Part shown: piece after piece, positions 33,690 to 41,460 of the stretch
Layout of the letters: each line of letters starts with the position of its first letter
How positions within the stretch are numbered: position 1 is the stretch's first letter
DNA from: an uncultured Methanosarcinales archaeon
GTDB lineage: Archaea; Nanobdellota; Nanobdellia; Woesearchaeales; GW2011-AR9
DNA length: 41,460 bases
Reading direction: 5' to 3'
NCBI GenBank assembly: GCA_964405725.1
Contig: CAYOOY010000005.1
Span: forward strand, 2,636-44,095
Made by a program: the position numbers and the translations under genes
The notes under the pieces: generated by a model
Told to the model about the DNA's origin: nothing
Database searches by the model: none
The model's input: the letters and a program-made list of their open reading frames with translations, nothing else

Positions 33690-35543
33690 ATGTATTCGGC
33701 ATATAGTAAAAAAGATCAAGAACTATTTAAGAGAGCAACAGCACTTTCAAAAGTACACCTCTCTTCAATTCCTCGTTTAGAGGGTGATTCATTTTTTGAT
33801 CACAATGTACGTGTTGGTGAAATTCTAGCGTTACATACCGCAGAACCAGAAATTGTAATTGCCGGATTATTACATGGGATTCTGAATCATGTTGAAGCTA
33901 GCACAATATCAAAAGAATTTGGAACAGCCGTTCTTACCATATTACGTGAAGTTGAATCATTAAAAAGAGTTAAGGCAAAAAACACATCTTTGGAATCAGA
34001 ATCATTACGTAAAATAATTATCACCACTCTCAAAGATGTCAGAGTAATTATCATTAAACTAGCAGGTAAATTGGATAATTTGCGAACAATTCATGTGTTT
34101 TCTGCTAAGCGTCAAAAAGAAATCTGTGAAGAAGTAATTGACATCTATGCGCCTCTTGCGTATAGATTAGGTCTTGATAAAATGAAAACGCAACTTGAAG
34201 ATTTGGCGTTCAAAGCTCTTAATCCACGTAAGTATAAAGAGATCAATGTGTATCTTGAAGAAAGTAGACAACAAAGAGAAGAGAATGTAGAAAAAGCAAT
34301 TAGTCTCATTAAACGCATTTCAAAAAATAAAGTAGATATTGTGAAAATAAAAGGGAGGCCAAAGCACATTTATAGTATTTACAAAAAAATAACTAAACGT
34401 AAAGTCCCTTTACACGAACAATTTGATTTACTTGGTATTCGAGCTCTTTGTAAAACAATTAAAGATTGTTACACGCTTCTGGGGATACTACATGAAGAAT
34501 TTGAACCATGCGAAGGAAGATTGAAAGATTATATTGCAAATCCCAAACCTAATTTTTATCGTTCTATACATACAGCAGTTACACTGTCTAATGGGAAAAT
34601 TGCCGAGATCCAAATTCGAACTCCAGAAATGGATGAATTTGCTGAAGAGGGAGTTGCTGCTCATTGGCGCTATAAAGGTGTTAAATCAGACCAATTATTT
34701 GAGAAAAAAATGAGTTGGCTCAAATCTGTTCTTGATTTACAAAAGAATGAATTTTTAGATTCCGTTAAAGTAGATTTGTTTGGTGATAAGATATATTGCT
34801 ATACCCCAAAAGGAGATGTAAAGGAATTACCTCTTGGTGCGACCATACTTGATTTTGCTTATTTAGTTCATGAACAAATCGGATCCAAATGTGTGGGTGG
34901 AAGAATCAATGGAAAATTTGTTCGCTTAAAAGAAAAATTAACTTCGGGTGATGTAGTTGAGATTATAACAAATAAAAATCAACGCCCTAGGCGTGGCTGG
35001 ATCAAAATAGTAACATCAGCTAAAGCTCGCCAGAAAATTCGTAAGATGGTACGACAATATGATGCCTTGCCTTCGCTTCATTATCGAACATACAAACCAA
35101 CCATCAAAGAAGATTTAGGGGTATTGGTTCATTCAGAAGAATTTCCTAAAGCTATGTGTGTTTTAGCTAAATGTTGTTCGCCAGTTCCTATAGAAGAAAT
35201 TGCTGGAATAATGACAAAGCGACGCATGATATCGGTCCATTCAACAGAATGTAGGGAAGCGATAAAAGAAGAAAATAGATGGATTCCTGTTGAGTGGAAA
35301 ACTGTGTTCAATCAAAAAATTAGTTTTATGGTTGAAGCTGATGAAAGATCAGGATTACTTGCCGATTTACTTAATACAATAGCACGTTCAGGCTTTGAAA
35401 TTAAGGAAGCCAAAGGTAAATTGCGAGGAAAAGAAACAGCTTTGTGTAATTTTATTGTTATTCCGCGAGACATGGATGAATTACTTGGTATGATTAAACG
35501 TGTTAAGAAAGTTAGAGGAGTTAGACGGCTGTATTTTGATTAG
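33690..35543 (+). CDS. Long RelA/SpoT homolog: degenerate HD domain, (p)ppGpp synthetase, TGS, ACT
   Basis: HD region FFDHNVRVGEIL...AGLLHGILNHVEAS (HG where HD is expected, NH where ED is expected). Synthetase motifs: GRPKHIYSIYKK, DLLGIRALC, RLKDYIANPKPNFYRSIHT, EIQIRTPEMDEFAEEGVAAHWRYK. TGS: IYCYTPKGDVKELPLGATILDFAY. The C-terminus is ACT-like. Confidence 0.85.
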   Translation: MYSAYSKKDQELFKRATALSKVHLSSIPRLEGDSFFDHNVRVGEILALHTAEPEIVIAGLLHGILNHVEASTISKEFGTAVLTILREVESLKRVKAKNTSLESESLRKIIITTLKDVRVIIIKLAGKLDNLRTIHVFSAKRQKEICEEVIDIYAPLAYRLGLDKMKTQLEDLAFKALNPRKYKEINVYLEESRQQREENVEKAISLIKRISKNKVDIVKIKGRPKHIYSIYKKITKRKVPLHEQFDLLGIRALCKTIKDCYTLLGILHEEFEPCEGRLKDYIANPKPNFYRSIHTAVTLSNGKIAEIQIRTPEMDEFAEEGVAAHWRYKGVKSDQLFEKKMSWLKSVLDLQKNEFLDSVKVDLFGDKIYCYTPKGDVKELPLGATILDFAYLVHEQIGSKCVGGRINGKFVRLKEKLTSGDVVEIITNKNQRPRRGWIKIVTSAKARQKIRKMVRQYDALPSLHYRTYKPTIKEDLGVLVHSEEFPKAMCVLAKCCSPVPIEEIAGIMTKRRMISVHSTECREAIKEENRWIPVEWKTVFNQKISFMVEADERSGLLADLLNTIARSGFEIKEAKGKLRGKETALCNFIVIPRDMDELLGMIKRVKKVRGVRRLYFD

Positions 35544-35601
35544 CTAGTACTTAGCGTAATTCTTTGCAAGGATTTAAAAAAACGAGCATAGTTACATCTA
35601 T

Positions 35602-36555
35602 ATGTCAAAATGTGAACCTATTACCAATGCTGAAAAAATCAAATTTAAGAAAAAATTTGTAGATAGATATTCTGATTTGACAGATTGGGAACAATTTAGA
35701 TGTTATTCTTTGGCATTTTTGCGAAGATCAATTCGTATAAACACATTAACTACAACAATTGCAAAAACGAAAAAAACAATCGAAGCAAAAGGATGGAAAT
35801 TAACTCCCATTCCTTGGTGTAAGCAAGGTTTTTGGATTGATCATCCAGATAGACGAGATGTAGGTAATTTATTAGAACACAAGTTAGGACATATTTACGT
35901 ACAAGAAGCAGCATCAATGATTCCTCCTCTTGTCTTACAGCCAAAACCAGGCGATATTGTTCTTGATATGTGTGCAGCTCCAGGAAGTAAAACAACGCAA
36001 ATGGCTGCAATGATGAATAATACTGGTGTGTTGGTTGCTAACGATTACAAGGGTCAACGATTACAATCTCTTGGTATAAATGTTCAGCGAGCAGGATTAA
36101 CTAATATCATTGTTACAAAAATGAATGGTATGCGATTTAAAGATATGCAGTTTGATAAAATTCTCGTTGATGCGCCATGTTCAGGTACCGGCACTATTCG
36201 AAAAAGTTTGAAGACTATCCAAATTTGGAACCCTAATATGATTTCTAAACTTGGATGGCAACAACAAAAATTGGCGGCAAATGCATTTAGAAATCTTAAA
36301 TCAGGTGGTGAAATGGTATATTCAACATGTAGTGTTGAACCAGAAGAAAATGAAGGCGTTGTTAATTATTTATTAGAAGAATTTGGTTCAGATATTAAAA
36401 TTGTACCTGTAACATTAGACGGGCTAAAAGTATCCAAGCCAGTTATGGAATTTAATGGAGTAACGTATCATAAGGATATATCAAAGACAATTAGGATCTG
36501 GCCCCAAGACAATGATACAGAGGGATTCTATATTGCTAAATTAAAGAAGAAATGA
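35602..36555 (+). CDS. NOL1/NOP2/Sun-family RNA cytosine-C5 methyltransferase
   Basis: SAM motif DMCAAPGSKTTQMA and catalytic Cys motifs DAPCSGTGTIRK and YSTCSVEPEENE. Confidence 0.85.
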   Translation: MSKCEPITNAEKIKFKKKFVDRYSDLTDWEQFRCYSLAFLRRSIRINTLTTTIAKTKKTIEAKGWKLTPIPWCKQGFWIDHPDRRDVGNLLEHKLGHIYVQEAASMIPPLVLQPKPGDIVLDMCAAPGSKTTQMAAMMNNTGVLVANDYKGQRLQSLGINVQRAGLTNIIVTKMNGMRFKDMQFDKILVDAPCSGTGTIRKSLKTIQIWNPNMISKLGWQQQKLAANAFRNLKSGGEMVYSTCSVEPEENEGVVNYLLEEFGSDIKIVPVTLDGLKVSKPVMEFNGVTYHKDISKTIRIWPQDNDTEGFYIAKLKKK

Positions 36556-36556
36556 T

Positions 36557-37015
36557 CTATAAATTATGGGTCTTTCGAAAAAGTTCTATTTGCCTTTTGC
36601 ATTCTTCATTTAATATTCCAGATTCGATATTGATCTTCTGATCACAAAATTCACTCATTTCAAATACTGTTATAGATGGTTTTAACGTCTCATCTTCTGC
36701 ATAGCCATAAATAAAATTACTAATCTTAGATTTGATAGCGGCTGAAAAACACATTGAACAAGATTGGGCATTACTTATAAGATAATAATCACTTAGATCT
36801 TTGGTATTTAGTTTACTACACGCTTTTTTTATTACATTGATCTCTGCATGAGCCGTAGGATCAATATCTGTATTTGTAGTATTATGTGAAACAGAAATTA
36901 TATTTCCATTTTTATCACAGAGAACTGCACCAAAAGGAGAGTTCCCAGTTTCTATTGCTTTTTGTGCTTCAGTTATCGCCACTCGAATTAGGCTTTCCTT
37001 AATCTTCAAATTCAT
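36557..37015 (-). CDS. CMP/dCMP-type zinc deaminase (guanine or tRNA-adenosine deaminase-like)
   Basis: HAEINVI and SCSMCFSAA zinc-ligand motifs at canonical spacing. Confidence 0.75.
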   Translation of the reverse strand: MNLKIKESLIRVAITEAQKAIETGNSPFGAVLCDKNGNIISVSHNTTNTDIDPTAHAEINVIKKACSKLNTKDLSDYYLISNAQSCSMCFSAAIKSKISNFIYGYAEDETLKPSITVFEMSEFCDQKINIESGILNEECKRQIELFRKTHNL

Positions 37016-37062
37016 GAGAAAATAATCAAATTAGTGTTATAAAAAAGTTTGGTTTATGAGAC

Positions 37063-37953
37063 TTATATATGGCTTTTTCCTTTCTTATGAACAAACGCAT
37101 GTGCTAACTCATCCTTTGTAAATCCATGTGCAACTTTTCCGCCATGTGCGTACATAAACAAGGCAGTATCATACACCATGTTAGCGGAGCTAAATATAAC
37201 AGAGACAATCACTAAATACAGAATGAATAAACCAACTAAGAGTCCACCAGCAACCCATGCTCCCGCCATAAACAGCAAACCACCCGGAACTGCAAGTATA
37301 AGCATACCTACACCAATTAGTGCTGCTTTTACCATTCCAAGTCCATAGTACTTAATTAAACTCTCACCCCATGTTTTCTTAACAGTTTTAGCTGATTGTT
37401 TTAGTGCATCAATTGGACCAAGTCCTTTTATGACAATTGAAGGAACTACAAAAATGCTTACTATTGCCCATGCAAAACCAATTAAACTAACAATAATGCT
37501 TCCGATAATTCCTATTATTCCTTTTTGTTCGCGTGCGTTACTCTGCAGAATGTTTAAAATCAAACCAACCGTAGCAGTTAATAAAGACCATCTAAATAGT
37601 GCACTAAAATGAGTAAATCCTATTTTGATCCCATCCATAAATGTTGCATCGCCACCTTCAAATCTTGTTTTAGCGATATGAACAATTCCTGCATTGAAAA
37701 ATGTTGACGTAAATGCTGCTGCAAAATAAAATAAGAATACACCAAAATAAATTGTCAATCCGCCTAAATTGAGCCGTTCTAGGAATACTGTAGCTAAAAA
37801 GGGAACTAAGAGTATAACAAATAGAATCATTGATGAAATAGCGCTAAGAATGGGAAACAGAATAATTTCTTTATCTTGTTTCATAACATTAAATGTAGAT
37901 TTAGTAATGGTCCAACTACGTTTAAATCGATCACTTATTGAATTGTGAATCAT
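37063..37953 (-). CDS. Multi-pass integral membrane protein, function unknown
   Basis: 296 aa with about six long hydrophobic helices. No catalytic motif recognised. Confidence 0.6.
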   Translation of the reverse strand: MIHNSISDRFKRSWTITKSTFNVMKQDKEIILFPILSAISSMILFVILLVPFLATVFLERLNLGGLTIYFGVFLFYFAAAFTSTFFNAGIVHIAKTRFEGGDATFMDGIKIGFTHFSALFRWSLLTATVGLILNILQSNAREQKGIIGIIGSIIVSLIGFAWAIVSIFVVPSIVIKGLGPIDALKQSAKTVKKTWGESLIKYYGLGMVKAALIGVGMLILAVPGGLLFMAGAWVAGGLLVGLFILYLVIVSVIFSSANMVYDTALFMYAHGGKVAHGFTKDELAHAFVHKKGKSHI

Positions 37954-38036
37954 ACTAACTAAATCTCCTTTTTCCTATATAAAACTTACCTTTCAATAAC
38001 AGCAATCTTTTAAAATTGAAGATACCTAAATACAAT

Positions 38037-39083
38037 ATGTTTGGCTTATCACCAGAAGTAGTTAAGTTGGTTGAAGGACGACTTTCTTCGTTTAATACAG
38101 TATTATCAAAATCATTACGTCCAAAAAATGAGGAAATTCTGATTGTAACAGATTATGGAATTGAGAAAAATACCCTTGCAAGTATGCTGGCATACGGTTA
38201 TTATCTTGCGGCGAAGAAAAAAGGGCTCATGGCAACTTTACTTTTTCAAGATGTGAAAAAAGGATTTATGTTTTCTGATGACCATATTGTTCAAGCGGTC
38301 ACACGCCTTGAGAAAGGAAATTTGATAATATTAAGTCTCTCAAATAAATTAGGAAGATTTGGAGACCATAAAAGTTTTCGTATGTTTTGCAAGGATCAAA
38401 AACATCGTTTTTTATCAGCAACTGGCCTTGGTGATGTGGCAGTTGGAAGGTTTGATTTATTTATTGAATCAATGACTATTAATTATCCACGTATGCGTAA
38501 GCGAGGATTGGCAATCAAGAAAATATGGGATAAAGCAAATGAAATTCGTGTAACAACACCTAACGGAACGGATGTAACATATGATGTCAGAGGAATGTTA
38601 GCGGTTGCTAATATTGGTGAATATCACAACCCTGGTGAAGGAGGAAACATGCCTGCAGGCGAAGTGTATATTCCTCCCCGAGGATATTATGGGGTATTTG
38701 GCAAAGTAGTTATTGACGGAAGTATGAAAACTGATTCTGGAGCTGTATTACTTGATGAGCCAGTCACTGCCCATATAAAAAATGGCAGAGTAGTTATGCT
38801 TGAAGGAAAACAAGCACATTTATTGGAAGAAACATTTCAAAAATTTGAAAACCGAGCAAAATACCCGTATAGAATTAGACATATAGCAGAGCTTGGTATA
38901 GGAATTAATCCCGGCGCTGTATTAATTGGTTCAATGATATTAGATGAGAAAGTGTTTGGAACAGGCCATATTGCATTTGGAAGTAATTATTGGTTTGGTG
39001 GCGAGATCAAAACAATTTATCATGGAGATCAAGTTTTTAAGGCCCCAACATATTTCGTTGATGGGGTAAAAATGAAAGTTTAA
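38037..39083 (+). CDS. M29 (aminopeptidase T/S-like) aminopeptidase
   Basis: GTDVTYDV...GEGGNMPAGEVYIPP...GTGHIAFG matches my recollection of the PepS/AmpS family. I prefer the ATG at 38037 over the TTG at 38016. Confidence 0.6.
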   Translation: MFGLSPEVVKLVEGRLSSFNTVLSKSLRPKNEEILIVTDYGIEKNTLASMLAYGYYLAAKKKGLMATLLFQDVKKGFMFSDDHIVQAVTRLEKGNLIILSLSNKLGRFGDHKSFRMFCKDQKHRFLSATGLGDVAVGRFDLFIESMTINYPRMRKRGLAIKKIWDKANEIRVTTPNGTDVTYDVRGMLAVANIGEYHNPGEGGNMPAGEVYIPPRGYYGVFGKVVIDGSMKTDSGAVLLDEPVTAHIKNGRVVMLEGKQAHLLEETFQKFENRAKYPYRIRHIAELGIGINPGAVLIGSMILDEKVFGTGHIAFGSNYWFGGEIKTIYHGDQVFKAPTYFVDGVKMKV

Positions 39084-39628
39084 CGTTCAATAATTTCTTT
39101 TGAGTCAATGTGTATAATTTTACTTGGCCTTGCTTCTTTTACACCCTCATAAATCATAAAATCAACTTCTTTTTCAACATCTGGGTCTAAATCTTTAGTT
39201 GAAGTCATAAACTCTTTTCCATGTTTGTTAGCTGACGTTGTAACAATCGCAGTACCTAACTCTTTTACAAATTCAGTAATCCAATGATTTGGAAAACGAA
39301 CACCAACTGTTGATTTTCCAGGATTAAGATTATCTGGAAAGCTAAATGAGCACGGCATTACAAGAGTTAAAGGTCCAGGTAACTGATCAATCCATTCATT
39401 TTGTGGGCAATTTTCATTAATCCATTCAAGTGATGGAGCTATAATTGAGAAAGGTGCGTTTGGTCGGTTTTTTATCTCGCGTATTTTTTGTATAGATTTT
39501 GTATTTGTTGCAATGCACCCAATTCCATATATTGTATCAGTAGGATAGATAAATATTTCACCGGCTTTGATTTTATCTAGAATTTCATTTTTTCGTAATG
39601 CCAATTCTTTATGTGTTAAAATTTCCAT
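39080..39628 (-). CDS. YrdC/TsaC-type L-threonylcarbamoyladenylate synthase (short form, no Sua5 C-domain)
   Basis: IFIYPTDTIYGIGC, VGVRFPNH and VTTSANKHG motifs. There is a 4-nt overlap with the convergent aminopeptidase gene end. Confidence 0.8.
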   Translation of the reverse strand: MEILTHKELALRKNEILDKIKAGEIFIYPTDTIYGIGCIATNTKSIQKIREIKNRPNAPFSIIAPSLEWINENCPQNEWIDQLPGPLTLVMPCSFSFPDNLNPGKSTVGVRFPNHWITEFVKELGTAIVTTSANKHGKEFMTSTKDLDPDVEKEVDFMIYEGVKEARPSKIIHIDSKEIIER

Positions 39629-39634
39629 ATATAC

Positions 39635-39670
39635 AAAAAAAAGCGGGGCGCATTAAAAAGATTGCGCCCC
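39635..39670 (-). terminator. Hairpin plus T-run, intrinsic-terminator-like
   Basis: The minus strand reads GGGGCGCA-atctttttaa-TGCGCCCC followed by GCTTTTTTTTG. The GC-rich 8-bp stem is conspicuous in this AT-rich DNA. Confidence 0.6.
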
Positions 39671-39689
39671 TGAGGTGTGTGATGGCAGG

Positions 39690-39806
39690 TTAGAAAAGAG
39701 GATATTCATCCAAATGGGTTTGAATGTGAGAAGGCTCTACCCACAAACAAGGTTCTTTAGTATTGTATCTTTCAAGTAAATCCATAATATGTTCCTTAAA
39801 TTTCAT
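39690..39806 (-). CDS. Candidate 38-aa mini-protein
   Basis: My translation gives MKFKEHIMDLLERYNTKEPCLWVEPSHIQTHLDEYPLF. GGAGGATGG lies upstream, and its ATG overlaps the upstream mini-ORF stop (ATGA at 39803-39806). Confidence 0.35.
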   Translation of the reverse strand: MKFKEHIMDLLERYNTKEPCLWVEPSHIQTHLDEYPLF

Positions 39807-39931
39807 CGTAACCATCCTCCACTTAGTTGGAAATCAAATGTGTCTTCCTTGCTGATAATTGTGTCTTGTGTCAATGCTCTTATTTGTTGTTCAAATAATT
39901 TCTTTATGGTAACCGTTGTCAGATCAACCAT
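39803..39931 (-). CDS. Candidate 42-aa mini-protein
   Basis: My translation gives MVDLTTVTIKKLFEQQIRALTQDTIISKEDTFDFQLSGGWLR. GGAGGTG lies 6 nt upstream of the ATG. Confidence 0.35.
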   Translation of the reverse strand: MVDLTTVTIKKLFEQQIRALTQDTIISKEDTFDFQLSGGWLR

Positions 39932-40046
39932 GATTATCACCTCCAATTGTAATATACTTACAGCAGAACTAGTTTATAACCATTGTCCGGACTTGTCCAG
40001 TGACCAGTGAGACATTTTGATCAGAATTGAGCTGAAAAGAAATACA

Positions 40047-41460
40047 TTATCTTTTTTTACGAACTACTTTTCTCTTGCCATACGATCCACGTGGTTTAGA
40101 ATCTTTGTGAGCATACGCAACTTTCTTTTTTTTACCGTATCTCTCTTTTTTAGAATTATCCCTCTCTCTTCTTGAAGAGCCTCTCGATGAATTTTCTCGA
40201 TCTCTGCCTCGTCCTCCTCTACTTTCACTTCTAAAGCCTTTTTTACGTGGTGATCTTCTATCACGTTCTTCAAATTGTCTTTTTTCTCGTCTATCCTCGC
40301 GTCTACTTCCGGGTCGTCTACGAGTACGCTCTTTTCGATCTCTTGATTTCCCTGATCTATCCTCACGAGAGGATACGGCCCGCAATTCTTTATAATTTCC
40401 CTCATCAAGAACTCCCGAAAAAGCTTCTTTTAATAATGAAGAAATGATTGCCGTAGGGTCATGGTTTTTCAATAAACTTTGCGCAAAGTCTTCGTATTTT
40501 TTTGCCTTGCCAGATTCGATTAGCGTGTGAACTTTTGTTTTCATATGATTTCTTTTTGAACTGATAATATCTTTTATTGTTGGCATCTTTTTCTCTTTAA
40601 TTTCGCGTTTAATTATTCGTTCAATAAAACGAAGCTTTCGTTTCTCAGAAGGGATCAGAAAGCTAATAGCGGTTCCAGTTTTGCCGGCTCTTCCAGTTCT
40701 TCCAATTCTGTGCGTATATGATTCAGGACTTTGTGGAAGAGAAAAGTTTACTACATGAGTTAAATCATCAACATCAATACCGCGTGCTGCAACATCTGTT
40801 GCAACTAAAACAGTAATTTGTTTTTTTCTAAATTGAAGTAGTATCTTTTCACGTTGAGGTTGAGAAATATCTCCATGTAGAGCTGCTGTTTTATAATTTG
40901 CATTCAATAGTTGATGAGTTACGGAATCTACATCTGCTTTAGTATTACAAAAAACAATTCCATAAAAATCATCGTTGAAATCAACAACTCTTCGAATTCC
41001 CTCAAATCGATCACGAGACATAATACGATAATAGTACTCTTCAATTTTGAGTGAGGATTCTTTTCTTTCAAGTTTAACATGAACCGGATTATTCATAAAT
41101 TTTCGGGTAATGCCCATAATTTGACGAGGCATAGTTGCTGAGAAAAGAATCATTCTTTTTTCTCTTGGTGCGAATTTAAGAATAGTTTCAATATCTTCAA
41201 CAAAACCCATGTTTAACATTTCATCTGCTTCATCTAATACTGCGAGTGAAACGTGACTCAGATCTAATGCTTTTCTATTAATTAAATCAAGTGTTCTTCC
41301 CGGAGTGCCTACAATTACGTGAACACCTCTTCTTAATTTTTGTAATTGATCACGAATAGAGGTGCCACCATATACTGCTAACGAATACACCTTTTTTGAT
41401 CCTCGCAAAGATTCAAATTCTTTTGCCACTTGAAGTGCTAACTCACGCGTTGGTGCAAGT
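40047..41460 (-). CDS. DEAD-box RNA helicase with an Arg/Ser/Glu/Lys-rich C-terminal tail; partial, N-terminus beyond the window
   Basis: The reading frame stays open to the window edge (…LAPTRELALQVAKEFESL). Motifs: PTRELA, VLDEADEMLNMGF, LFSATMP, VATDVAARGIDV, HRIGRTGRAG. The last ~110 aa are low complexity (RDRKERTRRRPGSRREDRREKR…GRGRDRENSSRGSSRRERD). Confidence 0.9.
   Translation of the reverse strand, partial: LAPTRELALQVAKEFESLRGSKKVYSLAVYGGTSIRDQLQKLRRGVHVIVGTPGRTLDLINRKALDLSHVSLAVLDEADEMLNMGFVEDIETILKFAPREKRMILFSATMPRQIMGITRKFMNNPVHVKLERKESSLKIEEYYYRIMSRDRFEGIRRVVDFNDDFYGIVFCNTKADVDSVTHQLLNANYKTAALHGDISQPQREKILLQFRKKQITVLVATDVAARGIDVDDLTHVVNFSLPQSPESYTHRIGRTGRAGKTGTAISFLIPSEKRKLRFIERIIKREIKEKKMPTIKDIISSKRNHMKTKVHTLIESGKAKKYEDFAQSLLKNHDPTAIISSLLKEAFSGVLDEGNYKELRAVSSREDRSGKSRDRKERTRRRPGSRREDRREKRQFEERDRRSPRKKGFRSESRGGRGRDRENSSRGSSRRERDNSKKERYGKKKKVAYAHKDSKPRGSYGKRKVVRKKR

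Noticed and set aside
39789-40010. 73-aa plus-strand ORF in the track
   Set aside because: It has no RBS and a Cys/Ser/Val-rich nonsense-like sequence. The opposite strand carries two SD-led coupled mini-ORFs and a terminator that explain the region better.
40064-40408. 114-aa alternative-frame ORF on the minus strand inside the helicase tail
   Set aside because: It is a frame-shifted reading of the low-complexity Arg/Glu/Lys tail. The helicase frame is continuous with the conserved motifs, so this ORF is an artefact of repetitive purine-rich codons.
1-41460. Search for CRISPR arrays, rRNA genes, transposases, integrases, phage structural genes or long terminal/inverted repeats marking a mobile island
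   Set aside because: I found no regularly spaced direct repeats, no rRNA-like conserved stretches, and no DDE, tyrosine- or serine-recombinase motifs in any track ORF. The window looks like chromosomal backbone with some probable horizontally acquired genes rather than a discrete mobile element. This was a visual scan only and could miss degenerate elements.

Overview
This is an AT-rich, very gene-dense segment with about 45 coding regions on both strands and many 1-4 nt start/stop overlaps. It reads as archaeal and most resembles a small-genome DPANN-type lineage; I judged this by eye and ran no search. Five things point that way. (1) A tRNA-Asn(GUU) is interrupted by two short introns, one of them in the T-loop. 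(2) TATA-like boxes sit about 25-30 nt upstream of many start codons, while GGAGG/GGTGA ribosome-binding sites occur mostly on internal operon genes. (3) There is a Rad50-type ATPase with a CxxC hook. (4) There is an AbrB-PhoU regulator. (5) There are a NOL1/NOP2-type RNA m5C methyltransferase and an HTH-ACT protein. Recognisable housekeeping genes are argS, purA, rdgB/HAM1, a pyrB-like transcarbamylase, a YrdC-type protein, a DEAD-box helicase (partial), an M29 aminopeptidase, a CDA-fold deaminase, an agmatinase-family enzyme, and DUF368 and DUF1385 proteins. I saw no rRNA, CRISPR array, transposase or integrase. The best candidates for something new: (a) a tightly coupled five-gene operon of lipobox proteins (29.4-32.6 kb) that pairs a lytic-transglycosylase-like enzyme with an OmpA-like/vWA fusion, next to a divergent AbrB-PhoU regulator and a perfect 11-bp inverted repeat; (b) a Rad50-like ATPase without Mre11, followed by an orphan 190-aa protein translationally coupled to a PIN-PhoH ATPase; (c) a soluble histidine-kinase-like protein facing two paralogous stand-alone receiver proteins; (d) bacterial-type or divergent metabolism genes, namely a long RelA/SpoT homolog with a degenerate HD motif and an oversized TK1-like kinase; (e) a 400-bp locus with two overlapping Shine-Dalgarno-led mini-ORFs and a strong hairpin terminator. 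All functional calls rest on motifs I can read in the translations, not on database searches.
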